A stretch of 63,781 nucleotides of DNA, filler included, from Octopus bimaculoides (lineage: Eukaryota), in NCBI RefSeq assembly GCF_001194135.2. It is 7 parts of 6 records of this genome, joined end to end, with 100 filler letters (N's around TTAATTAATTAA, not from the genome) between each part and the next. Parts side by side here need not be neighbours in the genome. Positions count along the whole stretch, not along the records: positions 9,421 to 14,357 come from NC_068997.1; positions 14,458 to 39,551 come from NC_068994.1; 5 more parts are not named here. One strand, given 5' to 3'. Below the pieces are notes generated by a model that saw only the letters and a program-made list of their open reading frames with translations, was not told the DNA's origin and searched no databases. Positions 10,860 through 24,746 of the stretch are shown here, piece by piece. Positions within the stretch are counted from its first letter, which is position 1. Every line of letters begins with the position of its first letter. A program made the position numbers and the translations under genes.

Positions 10860-13250
10860 CGCCTGTTATCACTACTACCAACCTTTCATTAGACATGCCG
10901 TTCTGTTTCGAATGCTAACACAGAAACCTAGCACACAAGTCCTTAACAAACCTCAGAGCAGCGACCAATTATCCTAGACAACACACTCGCAGATCAATGT
11001 AAAAAGCCACAATTCTTTTTACAAACTTCAAAAGAGCGCAATGGAACCCGTTCCACCGAGGTTTTCAAAATTCAACATCACAATCACGAACATAAATGTT
11101 GTAGGAGATGCATTGAATAAAATATTTATAGAAACCCCAAGAAAACATGTCTCACAATGCAACATAAAAGAATGCAATTTCAGTTACACATCAGAAATAG
11201 CCAACATCTTAAAAAATAAAAACAACCTCAAACACTAATACCACACACGGCCTTCGACGAGGAAATAATAAAATACACGCAATGGAGAAAAATACATTTT
11301 TAAAAAATCGCAAATATTTGTATCGAACTTGAACCGCAAAACAAACAGTAAACCACTATGTAGAGTAACTGATAGAATCAATAGCAACAACGGTGATACT
11401 ACATCATCTCACTAGAGACAAACTCAGACTGTATACACACAATAATACCAAGCAAACAACCTTAACTAACATTTCTCATCAGTTAGCCATATAAAAGAAA
11501 AAGATTTACAAAAAAGAAGGCAGAACCATGTAACCGAAAACGAACACCTTCAATCTAGATCATTCTTTTGATCCTTTGTTTTTGTCAGACACTCAAAAAG
11601 TGAGAAGGAAATCTAAAATTTTAAAAGCCTTGCGATCATACGAAGTCTAAGGTATGTATTCAAAATAACTTGTGTTTAAAATACCCTGCATTCACCATCA
11701 TCTACAAATAATCGTACCAACAATACTGTTATCCCAGAATCTCAAAGTTGGACTAAAATCTAACAACTTTACAGCCCAACAAAACACCAAATGAAATAAC
11801 ATCATACAGACCAACCATACTCCTATGTACATCCTCAATGATTGTTGAACGACTAACCCTTGACATCACTAACCCACATAAACTTATTTCCAAGTCATGT
11901 TACGGATTCATACTTTAACATCACAACCACCAAAAGCAACTTAATAACCGAACAGAGAAAACACGTGATGGCTTCAGCAGCACTTTAACTTCTATAGATA
12001 TCAGCAAAGGTTTCGATACTTTTCGATATCCCTCTATACATGCATGCAAAACGTACTCAAGGCCACCTCAAGGAGCCACACAAAATGTTGAATGGAAAGC
12101 TACCTCTCTAGTTTCTAGATGAAGTAGAACAAACACCTAGGCGTATATAAACAAGAACAGCACTTCTGGAACTTGTAATTTCCTGAATGGTGTCCTCTCA
12201 TCCAGTCTTTTCAAACTATCCTTGCACGATATTCATACCTCATCAAACATGCACACAGCCTACTTCCTAGAGGATATCACATGCACAACCTCCTACCTCT
12301 CTTCAATTCACTGCTACACTACTGCCATATTTTTATGTGATTTATGTCGTTGGAGTAGTTGTAGCAATCACCAAACCTATTGCCTCTCTCTTTCTTCTTA
12401 CCGGTAACACTAGAGAACATTCAACTCTCACACTCTCCAAAATTTACAATACTCATTGAAGACATGGTAGTGAAAGAAAATGACACACACACTTACAACG
12501 GTCACAGTTGATCAAAAGAAATAAATCTTATATGTTGGCCGTACTATCTTTTCATATCAGACCACAACAAAGTACAAAGTACACAAAATAGCGCACTGAC
12601 ACATTGTAATGTGTTGCACATAGATCAGCGTCCTAACGGAATATCCAGACAACCTGGATATGCAAGAGTTACAGTGTGTTTGCACGACACTTTTCTATTC
12701 CCCCATTCCTATCACACCGTAAAAATAAAATGCTTATCCTAGAACACTACTACAATATCCTAGAAGGAAAGAGAAAAAGTTGCCATATCAACACGTTTAA
12801 ACACTCAGCTAGATAGTAGTGTGCACTCTATTTTATACTACCAACACTTTATACAGGAGTATAGCAGCTGTCGCATATAGCGACTTTGAATTAGACCAGT
12901 TGGCTAGTATCTGCTGTGGCCATCGTAAGAATCAGACGATGTACAGAAGTAGATTGAACAGTGAAGAGAGTGCAATACGCTTTGCCTACCCAGCTGTTCT
13001 CTCCATACAATTCACCATGGCCAGTTGGAGTGGACATATATACAAAGATATGGTGTAAGGTTGCTATGTGGGTTGCCCGTCAACCTTCGATCCGCTAACT
13101 GCGTGCCATACATCTTTTCCAAGTGTTCTGACCTGGCACTACACAATAACAACAGCAGGAACAATACTCCAACGTACATGTTATCACCATCAACACTGGA
13201 TTACCATCACAATCATCATAATTATTATCAGTTACAACTGCAACCTCATC
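10860..13250 (+). pseudogene. Heavily decayed I/Jockey-group LINE ORF2 (endonuclease end, linker, RT, C-terminal region)
   Basis: Motifs in the expected order: SDQL(P)I, TNFKRAQW, linker ...RKHVSQCNIKECNFSYTSEI, SIDISKGFDT (LDISKAFD), GVLSSSLF, YFLEDIT (YADDIT), LASICCGH; strong A/C strand bias. Confidence 0.7.
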
Positions 13251-13959
13251 TTTATTTTTGTCAATAATTTGTTGAGCAACAGAAAATATTTTAGAAAAGC
13301 CATAGTACCTTGAAAGTTTGAAAGTTTGAAATAATCTTGGTTATACTCATTCCACCTCCACCCAAAAAAACCCAACAGTTTTCTCATATTTGCTTAAGTT
13401 TTGAAGATANNNNNNNNNNNNNNNNNNNNNNNNNNNNNNNNNNNNNNNNNNNNNNNNNNNNNNNNNNNNNNNNNNNNNNNNNNNNNNNNNNNNNNNNNNN
13501 NNNNNNNNNNNNNNNNNNNNNNNNNNNNNNNNNNNNNNNNNNNNNNNNNNNNNNNNNNNNNNNNNNNNNNNNNNNNNNNNNNNNNNNNNNNNNNNNNNNN
13601 NNNNNNNNNNNNNNNNNNNNNNNNNNNNNNNNNNNNNNNNNNNNNNNNNNNNNNNNNNNNNNNNNNNNNNNNNNNNNNNNNNNNNNNNNNNNNNNNNNNN
13701 NNNNNNNNNNNNNNNNNNNNNNNNNNNNNNNNNCAGAGAAAAACAGCACGAAGGCACACATACACACACATGCACGTACGCACGCACGCACGCACACACA
13801 CACATACACATACACACACACATACTCACATCAAAGACAGAAAGCATTCAGCAAAACCGCTCTCGGTCCCAATGACGGCTCCGATGCAACCGTGGAATTG
13901 ATAGCATGCTAGGATTAGATGTGCTCCATCCATAGCACCCACCACGACCAAACCGTGGA

Positions 13960-14045
13960 ACGTATTGACGCTCCAAATGTTGCAGTCCTGGGAGTTCAAA
14001 TTAAGAGTGTGAGGAAACCACCGTGGAGTTAGTAACGATTCTGCC
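13960..14045 (-). pseudogene. Tc1/mariner transposase remnant
   Basis: WFPHTLNLNSQDCNIWS resembles the WPP.SPDLNP.D..IW motif. Confidence 0.35.
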
Positions 14046-14049
14046 ACTC

Positions 14050-14180
14050 TCCTACTCGCAAAGCAACGTGTAATGAAGTGTTTTGCTCAAGAACACAACT
14101 CCCCACCCGTCCCGAAAATCGAACTCACTATATAGCAATCGTGAGTACACCAACCTAATCGTTACGCCACGCACCTTCAT
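14050..14180 (-). mobile_element. SINE-3 head fragment
   Basis: ttgctcaagaacacaac...aatcgaactcac...gccacgcaccttca matches 10500-10606. Confidence 0.7.
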
Positions 14181-14357
14181 TTAGATGTGTTTGTGTGTGT
14201 GTATGTGTGTGTGTGTGTGAGTGTGTGTGTGTGTGAAAGAATTTGTCTTTGGAACGAAGAAACTCGAAACAGATAAAGCTATAAAATAGCAAACAGTAGC
14301 GTGTAAATATTGAGTTTAAAAACCTGTTGCGTATATTATGTATATACATACATACAT

Positions 14358-14457
14358 NNNNNNNNNNNNNNNNNNNNNNNNNNNNNNNNNNNNNNNNNNN
14401 NTTAATTAATTAANNNNNNNNNNNNNNNNNNNNNNNNNNNNNNNNNNNNNNNNNNNN
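14358..14457. other. Artificial 100-bp scaffold spacer
   Basis: 44 N + TTAATTAATTAA + 44 N. Confidence 0.95.
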
Positions 14458-14490
<33 letters not shown>

Positions 14491-17400
14491 TATTCACCTA
14501 TTTGAAACTCCCTGACGAATATTGTTGGGATTTCTTTAATGTAGCAGTTGTGATATTATCATACGTCAGCGAGTCATCCATGTTTGCGGCAGGTTTATTG
14601 ATACATACTGCAGAGGTTACCTGAAGTTAAGTGTAATTGGCTGCATATACAGGTGTTTATGATAGATGCTGTCAATCTGGTCAATATTAACCAATTCCGA
14701 TCAGCTATCGTGAATTGAAAATAAAGCGTATTGCAAAAATATATTTCAGAGACGTGAATAGTGAACCAGATGAATAAAAATGGATGCCCATCAATATAGA
14801 GAAAGGAGAATTTTTTTCGACTATAGTGTCTGGGTCAGAGATGATCTGAGATTTAATCGATAACGTTGAGACCAACAACGATTCTATACTTCTTTGCATT
14901 ACAAATATTGGTTCCAGACTTTTACAGAGATGAAATCTCGCCGAGGTGAATATTACCTTTTCTACTCCTGGGCTAGATAACTAGCCCAGGTGTTATCTAG
15001 CCCAGACAAATTCTTGGATCTGATTCGGTCTCCTTTTATGTTTATTCTGTCGTCGATTCGTAACATGAATGCCCAGTAAATCAGTCATTATATGGCCACA
15101 TGTCTCCAGGGTCAAAGCTGAATTATTTAAGTAGCACCTTCTACCAGTTCCAGTCACGGCTTAGCCTACCGTCACTGAACTTATGAGGACAGTGTGATGA
15201 TGTTGGTGCTGGTGTCTTGATTTGCTGAACATGCAGGACGGTGAATATTATTAAAGTGAATGTGGATTACGCGGAACCAGCTCCACTCCCGTGTCTTTTA
15301 AACATGTATTGATTTGGCGCATAGTTTTGAGGATGAAGAATTTGTATTGAGTTACCTTCTCTTTGACGTGCAGCTAAAGTGCTGAAATGTCTCATCTTCC
15401 ATGGATCCGTTGTGTTTTCTTTGTGCGACCTTTTTCCGGAGGCAATTGCGATATAGCTTGTGTTTTTTTTTTAACTAACATCCATTTCCTCAAGAATTGC
15501 TGGTTGGCCTTGTACCAAAATTAGAAATCAATATAACGCATTACAAATATTTCCAAAATAGACGCTAATTTTAATATCACCAAAGTTGTTCTTCACAAAA
15601 CAAGAAACAGCATTGTTAACAGAAGTTCAAATGTAGCAACAAGAACAAGAACAAGAATATAAAAATTTAGAATAAAAATATATAGAAGAGACAATTATAT
15701 GCAGCATTGTTCAAATGTATTCATATTCGATTATTTCTTTCTTTTACCTCTTTGGTTTATTATTTCTAAGTTTGTTTTCTTTTTCTTTTTCTTTCCGTTT
15801 TCACGTGTTTAATGTTTCTCATTAGTTTCATAATTCCTGCATGAATTGAGTTGATAGAACATCGATTGTTTAAAGTGAAAAAAAATAAAATGGAATATGT
15901 ATTTTATTCATATGAATATCTATAAAAGACAATTAACTGACGTTTTATATGTGCCTCAATGTCTGTGATGTTACTGAATATAACTCGCACCATAAAGATT
16001 TCGATTACTTGTTAAATATTTCGGCACCAATAATTCTCTGTATTCATTTATTCATTTATTTATTTATTTTCTTATTAAATTATTTTGTACGTTAACAATG
16101 TGTTGATGAGATAATCTCCCACAGTTCGTTACGATAGAGAAATTCTGTTTGGAAACGCTATTTATATATTGTGAATTAGCGAGGTCGAAATGCGTCCAAC
16201 ATCATGATATTCGCTTGAGAATATTTGAAATAGCCATTGTAATCTAATGATACACTTGTTCAAGAAGTTATTAAATGGATTTCCGTCTGGTTCGACGACA
16301 AGTATTTTGTTGTTTGATCAACTAAATTTTCTGCTCATTAAATTAACGTGTAAGTGGTTAGGCTTTCTACAAACACATCAGTAATATACTATTCCAATAG
16401 AATCAGCAAGACTCATTAATTGACAAGGGTGTACATTAAAATACAAAACAGACTCCATCGACAGGCTTTCATACAGACCTCACTTACAAATCTTGGTTCA
16501 TTTTGAAGCAGTGGTAAAAAAAAAAACACGTCCCAGTGCCATGCAATGATACTGTAATGATTGTGAAGCAAACCTCTTAACCATTCAGAACACGCACTGT
16601 TCACAAAGGCACCAACGAGATTCATCCTTTTGTTAACATATTTCTGTCCAGAATTTACACCACGTGACTTATCGCCATTTTGACTAACATCTTCACAAAT
16701 CAACAAATAATCTGTCTGCAAAATCCTTTAAACAAGAGCTAGTAATCTTATGACATTCTTTAGTCTAACTGCTTGAGTGGCTTTGTCTATGGTAACAAAA
16801 CGAGATCGAAACACCGAGGCGTCTTGAAATCTTACGCAGGTGAACCGCTGAATCACGTGTTTTAGAAAAACGTATTTTATAAAGAGAGATGTTCTTCGGT
16901 GATGAAAAGCACCAGCGATTAGATATTCCAGAAAGAATCTACCATAAGATATTAAGAACGTATACGTTATCGCTTGCATTTTCGCTGCTCTGCGAGCGAC
17001 AAAAGAATTTGTAAAATAACTTTGTTCTTTTAAACTCCTGTTTTGTACATATATTAATATAAAATTTTGATGGTATGTTTTAATTAAAATTACTTTACAA
17101 CGAGAAGTTCACGTTTTAATATCAGAAATGATCTCATAGCGGTTGAATATTCGTAAGTACAATCTAAAAACCTTGTAAGCCGGCGTTATCCGCTACAAAT
17201 TGGGGTTAAGATTCATATTGTCTAGTATAGTTATAGTTACGCTAATTCTGAAAACGAAAACTGGAGGTTTTCATCGATAAACCATTGGTCATAGATCATC
17301 TCGGCAGTTATGCTATGAGATTGACATGCAACTAAACAGATAACACAAGTACAGAAATTATTAGGTATCCTCAACTAGGGTGGAGATAGGCGATATATAT

Positions 17401-17514
17401 TATAGTAGCCTTTGACATGGATCATTGCATCAAGCAAAACCGACGAGTTGATACAAATATAGTAATATGAACATTTCAATGTTCAGATTGATATAAACAT
17501 CAATACATTCAGTT

Positions 17515-17707
17515 ATTGGTTTCAAAGTTTGGCATAACACCAGCAAGATCGAGGGCGGGAGTGTAAGTAAATTACATCGAAGCTATCTCTCGACTGATAC
17601 TTAATTTATTGACCCCAAAATGATAGAAAGCAAAGTCGACCTCGGTGGAATTTGAACTCAGAATGTAAGGACGGACGAATTGCAGCTAACATTTTTTGCG
17701 GCGTGCT
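17515..17707 (-). mobile_element. SINE-2, diverged
   Basis: gcaaagtcgacctcggtggaatttgaactcagaatgtaag is the reverse complement of the SINE-2 B-box region. Confidence 0.8.
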
Positions 17708-19447
17708 GTGAGGCACATTGAGTTATTGAATTATGTATATATACACATATATATATATACATAACATAATAGGGTAAAAATTCGATATTAATTAATATCA
17801 ATTTAATACCAGGAAACCAGCACGTTAAAAGAATCAGAAGGTTCAGGAAAAAAGTTTCGAGATCGTAAAAGGATTATAGTACTTGTGTACTGGACAATTT
17901 TATATACACATATACATACATACATATATACATATATATATATATAACGGTCACTGACCATGTAACATCTCAGCTCGTAAGTTACCCCATCATTTCGTTT
18001 TTGTCTTGCCACTAAATGTTTTATTATGTTCTCCCTGATGAGAAACAAGTGATAATTCCAGCTACCCCATTTTTGGTGAAACGACCCTCATCGACATGCG
18101 TTTTGCTCCATGTGCGTATGGATGTGTATGGTGCGTGTGTGTTTGTTGGGGATGTTTATAGCTACAGCGTGAATCTATGGGTTCTTTAAGTGGAGCGTAT
18201 TTCAGTTTCCATCCCTTTCTACCGGCGCGACTAAGGGTGCAAGATTTTCTACAAGGGTGAGAAGGTTAGTCCACTGCAGATAAAGGTTCTTACAGAATGC
18301 TGTCATGTATCGAACTAACGGCCATACGATCACGTATATTTACCCCATCCTCTGTACCATTATGCAAACAAATACACACGCAAACACACACGCACGTACA
18401 CACATACATATGTATATATGGTTAACATATGTGTGTGCGTGCATGTGTATATATACATCCATACACACCTATACATGTATATTGATAGAGACCAAGAGAA
18501 AAAAGTGATACTACGTGCACGTAACACACACTACATGCATTTCTATTCTTTGCACTTAATGTTATGTATTGTCTTATTCCATCTGTAATTGTTTCAGTTC
18601 TTTTTTCTTCTCCCTTGCATACGTATTATCCTGACATCTTCATTATATTACCATTTCGATCCACCTATTTTTTTTTCCTTTTTCCAATTCTCCCTGTAAA
18701 TTGTGCGTGTTTTCCCTCAGTAAATTCTCTCAAAATATTTTATTGTTTGTTCTTTTGTATATTTTTGTATTATTTCTTTCCTATATATTTTTCTACATTT
18801 CTGCGTTGTTTAATTGAAAAATCTCTCCATTCTCATCTTGACTCAATTTTATCACACATTCACCGACTCAGAAGCTTTAATTACCTTACAGTTTTCTGAC
18901 ATCCCATTTCACTACTAAATACACTCCGATAAAAATGCAACAATCCCACAAGTAAAAAACGAACAAAAAAGAAACAAAAACAAAAACAAAAACTAAAAAA
19001 TAAATAAAGATCACGAACTACCGAAATGTAATTTTTCTTTAAGTATATATATGTGTATGTATATATTTGTTTTCGCATTGCATTTTATTACGTATTTGTT
19101 GTTGTTGTTGTTGCCCGCACCATTTATTTCTTCCCTATTTGTTTGATTTAACTGTGTGTTATATTAGTGCCAACTACTTTCTATATCTGATGCCAGAAAT
19201 TTGCCTGAACCCATATGAAGACTTTGGTTTGATTTTAGAAGAGAGAAAAAAAAAACAATAAACAAAAGCCTACTGAATCGTATGTTTTTTGTAGTTGATT
19301 GTTATAGCTTTTACCATCTTACCTGTCTTCGTGCATTTCTCGCTTTCCTGGTATCCATCGCTTTTTCATTATTTTCCTCCTTGTTTTTCATTTCCGTTCC
19401 TGCTCAGCTCATTTGCTATTGTTGTTTCTGTTAGCTCTTTTTATACG

Positions 19448-19532
<85 letters not shown>
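19448..19532. repeat. (ATT)n microsatellite, about 28 units
   Basis: Direct reading. Confidence 0.95.
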
Positions 19533-19533
<1 letters not shown>

Positions 19534-20399
19534 CGTTTTATTGTTATTTTTGCCGTACCATACGTTTTGCCGTATCATACTATTGCTATTATTTAAAATA
19601 CCCTTTTCTTTTATTTGTTCACAATTGTTGTTTTTTTATTTCCCTATAAACATGGGTTTTGTAGAAACATATATTATTCTGTGAAGGGATTGCAGTGGAT
19701 TTTCTATATAGACGTATTAACTACGTGAAACCTATAACTGAATAGTGTATAGTTGTTTTCAGACAATTCCAACAGACTGGATTTTCTCATTGCTGATAAC
19801 TAGTCGCGTGGGTTTACGTGTCACTATCAATTCGCATGCATGCTTGCCCTTGTGTTTTACACTGTTCACAGGATCCTTTGAGGTAAAGGAAACGCACAAA
19901 GTGTAAGTTATCTGTATATAAGAATATTTATTTCCTCAACGTGAAAATCAGGTTTAAGGTTTAATGACATATAAATGTAATCAAGCATAGATAACGAATT
20001 TTTTTCGTTGTGGACGTATGTTTCGTGATTTCATCTATACAAAGATAGAAATCCTTGAAACAGATATATTACAGGAGCATGAATACAATATACGGAGAGA
20101 ATTACAGTTAAACCTTTTTTGTATATTTTTGCTCTTAAATTCTATGAAAGGGAGATATTTTTGTTAAAAATTTGACGTTCTTAGTTTTAGGAAAGCAATT
20201 ATGTATATAACAAAAATAATTATGTATGCAGCAACACGGTTGTTGCCTGTTCAGATACACCTTCTCTCTTTGGAATGGGACGCATTAGAGCGTGATTCTA
20301 TGACACTGCCTTGAAGTGTTGTAGGGTCCAGGAGTGCGTGGGAATGCTGTATTTTATGGAAATGTAAAAGGGCAGTCTCGATGTGGGAATCTGCGACAG

Positions 20400-20560
20400 T
20401 TACGGTTTGGGTATATTATGTGAAGAAGGGTGTTTGATTTGATAGAGTATGGGTCTCAGATACGAATAGGGGATAAAGCAAGTTGATCTAATGTGTTGCA
20501 GACTGCGAATTGTAAAAGATGCGTTTTTTGCACTGAAATTATCTTTGAAGTGTGTACCGG
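20400..20560 (-). pseudogene. Possible LINE post-RT fragment
   Basis: SAKNASFTIRSL...YSYLRPILYQI loosely resembles the KKA.R.L..L...Y..YVRPILEY motif. Confidence 0.25.
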
Positions 20561-22321
20561 GAAACACGGAGAATTTGATGAGTTGAAAGATTGGAAAATA
20601 GAGATACACCTCATCAAGATAGAAAGCAATATATGAGTATTTCAAGTGATTTTGAAGTCTCATTAAACTAATTTTAAAAGTTTTATAGCACCGTATAAGT
20701 CAGTTTGTTGTAGTGGCTTTATGATCGACCAACACTTTATGATATTAAATCGAGGAATTCTTATGATCATGTACATTCCGTGATTCACTATATTTCCGTT
20801 TCAGAGACTGTAAGGAGTCGAATGTTTAAATGTGTTTTTCCTTTTTTCAAGCAATAATGTGCGATTTACAGGAATATTCAGATGTTCTTTCATGCAAATT
20901 ATGCGGTTATGTAGTGGTTTTCTGATTGGATTCGACATTTTAGTTTTATAGTAGCAGTGAAACATTTTTGCATTATAACTGTTTCTTAGAGTTTTGCATA
21001 ATAGCAATTTGAATAAATCAGCCATTAATAATACAATTACTTGACTTTCTGAACTCGTAACAACACCTTAATATTTTGTTGCGCTTTTATTCTCTCCTTG
21101 TTTAAATTATTTTTATTTTTGGTTTTCTACGATTTCTATAACCACACTCTGTTTTCTGTAAACTCTCGCGTGCGTTCTGAAATAAAATTAAGTAAAATAA
21201 AACGAAACAAAATAAAATAGATACTTTTCGAAAGTAATACAACAAATATAAAAAAAGAAAAATTGCTTGTTGATTCAGGTACGGATAATTGAAAGACATC
21301 CTGCTGACGGCCGACATATCGGTCATGCCCTAAACAACTATAGGTTTTTAAACATACGTAAGAGAAATACAAAGGAGAAATGGAAACGGACGTATTCGCT
21401 TTTATTTTTCTTCGTGTTTTATGGAGCCCGTATACATTGGTACATGAAGCTATACTGCTCGATGTCATCACGAAATTTACCAGTAGAGAACTTTCAAAAG
21501 CAATTTGACAAATAGACAAAGGACGCCTTTCCATTCAAGCACGATCCGTTGAAAGATAATCCGATGACCAACTTATCGGTGCTGCCCTGAAGACCTATGG
21601 CTTTTAAATATCTATTACTGTAATACAAAGAAGACAAATAGAAGCGAATCAACTCACCCGTGTGCTTTGCTTCAAAAGTATATTGAGAGATACTGTATGT
21701 TAGCACGGAAACTATCAATCCTACCATTACGAATGCATACAATCAAACAATAACTTCTATAGATCCAGAGGTAAATCGAGTGGTTCAGAGACAACACATA
21801 TATTAACAAAGGCACTAGGAACTAAGGCACAAATACGTAAGCAATACCACCTCAAGACATATGTAACAATGACTCTGATAACATGTATACCAACGTGGAT
21901 AATAGCGTTGCTAGTAAGAGCAACCAAACATCTGCCAAGTAAATCGTTAACGTATTTCGACTGAATAGAATGGATAATATGAATTCGAGATAAAAACAAA
22001 TACATTATAATCATGCATAGAATGCATTTAACGAAATGTTCAACGTGAAATGGAGATTCTGCGTTGTTATAAGGCGTGCTAAAAATTGTAGCAAGATATC
22101 TTCCGAATCATTACCTGCCTTTCAAAGACAGCAGGACACAGATAGCAATTAGACGATACCAGCAAGGATGGAATTACATTAACTGTAGGTCGGTTTCAGT
22201 GTCACTAGTCTGGGCAAAATTTGATTACAGACGAGCCAATGGAAGATGTATCTACTTGGTTGTACAATCTACTATAAGTAGTCGCCTAATTGACCTAAAA
22301 TCTTCACTTAATTATTAATTA

Positions 22322-22586
22322 CTCTCGCTCCGTCGGCTAAGTAACAGTCAGCTCGTGAAATTAACGTGCATGTGGCTGAGCACTCCGCAGTCAAGTGTAC
22401 CCTTAACGTACGTCTCAAGGAGATAAGCATGACACAGAATGTGATAAGGTTGGTCATTTGAATTACAGATACAGCTGAGTGATCTGGAGCAACATGAAAT
22501 AGTGTTTTGTGCACGATACGCAGTCAGGAATCGAACACATGATTTTAAGATCCAAATACTCTAACGACTAAGCCAGGCGCCTTCAC
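22322..22586 (-). mobile_element. SINE with a SINE-3-type head and a SINE-4 body
   Basis: Reverse complement: GTGAAGGCGCCTGGCTTAG...GTTCGATTCC...GTTGCTCCAGATCACTCAGCTG...GTTAAGGGTACAC...GTTAATTTCACGAGC. Confidence 0.8.
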
Positions 22587-23607
22587 TCTTCACTGAGTAT
22601 TAAAAGTATACATTCGATAATATAATTCTAGATACATTTGACAATGTAAAACTGAAGAATGGGATGATCACAAAAACAGAACACTGAAATATAGCTCGAC
22701 TCAATCTGAGCAGACCCTGTGCCAACGAACAATGAGAATAATAAACGATTATGTAGACATGTTCAGAATTTTAAGGTGAGGAGTTTAGTCTCTTCCATCT
22801 CGTTTAATACTTGCTAGGTGGATTTCTTTGCTGGTTCTCAGAGGACAATATTACGTTTGAGGATGGCAGGATTTGAAATCATAATGTACAGAGGTGTAAC
22901 GAATATAGCAAGGTAATTGTGTCTGATACTGAAAGGTTTTTGACTAGTCTCCGTCCTTAAAAACAATATTTATGCAAATAATTCGGAAAGAAAGAAAGGA
23001 AAATTATAAAAGCAAGACAAAGATAAAATTTAGTGCAAGGAAGTAATTCAAGAAATAAGGAGCAACGTAGGAAACAATTGCGAAAAAGAACACTGAAAGT
23101 ATAATAACAACAGGTACTATGAAGCAGGTTAAATGAAAGGAACAATACTAGCAAATGCAGAAAGCAAATGTGAACGAGAGAGACTATACGCTGTTAATCG
23201 ATCCACTATAGATAATAAATGCCCTCGTCACACCTTACTGCTGAAAAAAAAAGGGGGAAAGCGTATTGTATTATATCCTTGGTAAGCAGTAGAAAGGGCA
23301 ACATTATTGATAGGTTTGTAACATCTTTGATCACACAGCTTCATTCAATATGTGTTCATATAGGCTTATCTAAATTTTGTTGGTTATTGCATTAAAGAGG
23401 ACGATATATTGAGTTTCAATACTCGAAATTATTCAAATTCTAGAAAGGTACAAATCGGAGGTTTTGTAGGATCAAGCAAAGAAACATATCGACTGAATTA
23501 TAAACGAGTACAAAGATATCGGAAAGAGATATGGCTCTAACTATTTAGTCTCAACACAAAACAAAGTATATATATATACACCCAGAGAATGCGTTGCNNN
23601 NNNNNNN

Positions 23608-23652
<45 letters not shown>

Positions 23653-24364
23653 ATATATACACCCAGAGAATGCGTTGCAGGACTGAAGTAAAGTATTAGT
23701 TCTTTAAATCTATTAAAGAACACAGTAAAAATGTTGGCCCTGTAAAACTAGCAGAAACATACGTGTATACGAACATTCACTTCGTCCTTAGAAATAACTA
23801 GACAGATTTAAAGCAAGATATCTAACATTCGACTGAATGGGATAGTATATAAGATACTACCTACCTACCTACCAAGCCTTCAAAAAAGTAAGAGAGACAG
23901 ACAGACAGACAGACAGAAAAAAGAAAATTGTCCCACGTATTTAAAAACTATGTAAATATTTTAAAAATACATTTCATTTAATTTTTCCACAATTTACTTT
24001 TTTTTCATGCTTTACTCTATGTTGAAAAAGTTGCATATCGCCAGAGAGTGTGCTGAAAAATTTCTGGCTTTCAGTAAAAGAATCAGTTAATTATAATTTT
24101 ATCCAATATATTCCTCTTTCAGATTCACACACTTATCGCAGCAGTGCTTCAGTTTTTCTAAGCTCTGTAATAAGAGCTCGAAATATTGGGCATCCAATCA
24201 TGCCTTTCGCGATGCCCTTAAAACCAGGAATATTTAAGCAGACCCTTGTGAGATACATTCATAGATATGTCCATACACACCACCGTATCCCCCATGCCTG
24301 TACACATAATTGTATATGCAGTTCTAATTGATGGATTTACGTTTACGAGTGTAGAAGTAACATA

Positions 24365-24368
24365 GGGT

Positions 24369-24407
<39 letters not shown>

Positions 24408-24460
24408 AGAGAGACAGAGACAGAGAGACAGAGAGCGAGAGAGAGAAAGATTGAGAGAAA
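24365..24460. repeat. (GA)n-rich tract
   Basis: Direct reading. Confidence 0.9.
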
Positions 24461-24597
24461 GAAAAAGGGGGAGGAGGTAAGGGAAGAACGAAGAAGATTT
24501 AACAAGATCTATGATCATTATTTCCACATTATACCCAAGAACTGCTGTACCGTTGAGGATTAAATTACGCGAACTGAAATAATTGTCGGTTGAATAA

Positions 24598-24639
<42 letters not shown>

Positions 24640-24713
24640 ACACACACATACATACACGCACACGCACATACACAAACAAAGGCAAACACATATATGTGTA
24701 TGTNNNNNNNNNN

Positions 24714-24746
<33 letters not shown>

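Noticed and set aside
16416-16979. Two short minus-strand ORFs and two CACGTG E-boxes in unique sequence
   Set aside because: No family motif; two palindromic hexamers are too weak to call a promoter.
18035-18050. CTGATGA-GAAAC
   Set aside because: Hammerhead core words with no stem II between them and no stem I; likely chance.
19861-19890. Possible 11-nt micro-exon (ttcacag/GATCCTTTGAG/gtaaag)
   Set aside because: Good splice consensus, but no supporting neighbouring exons; such matches are expected by chance in 64 kb.
21136-22014. Hydrophobic minus-strand ORFs and a strong donor CGG/GTGAGT at 21657
   Set aside because: The ORFs are in different frames with no recognisable domain; a UTR exon cannot be excluded but cannot be supported without RNA data.
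23566-23678. 30-bp direct repeat (tatacacccagagaatgcgttgc) either side of a 10-N gap
   Set aside because: An identical overlap across a minimal gap is the signature of unmerged contig ends.
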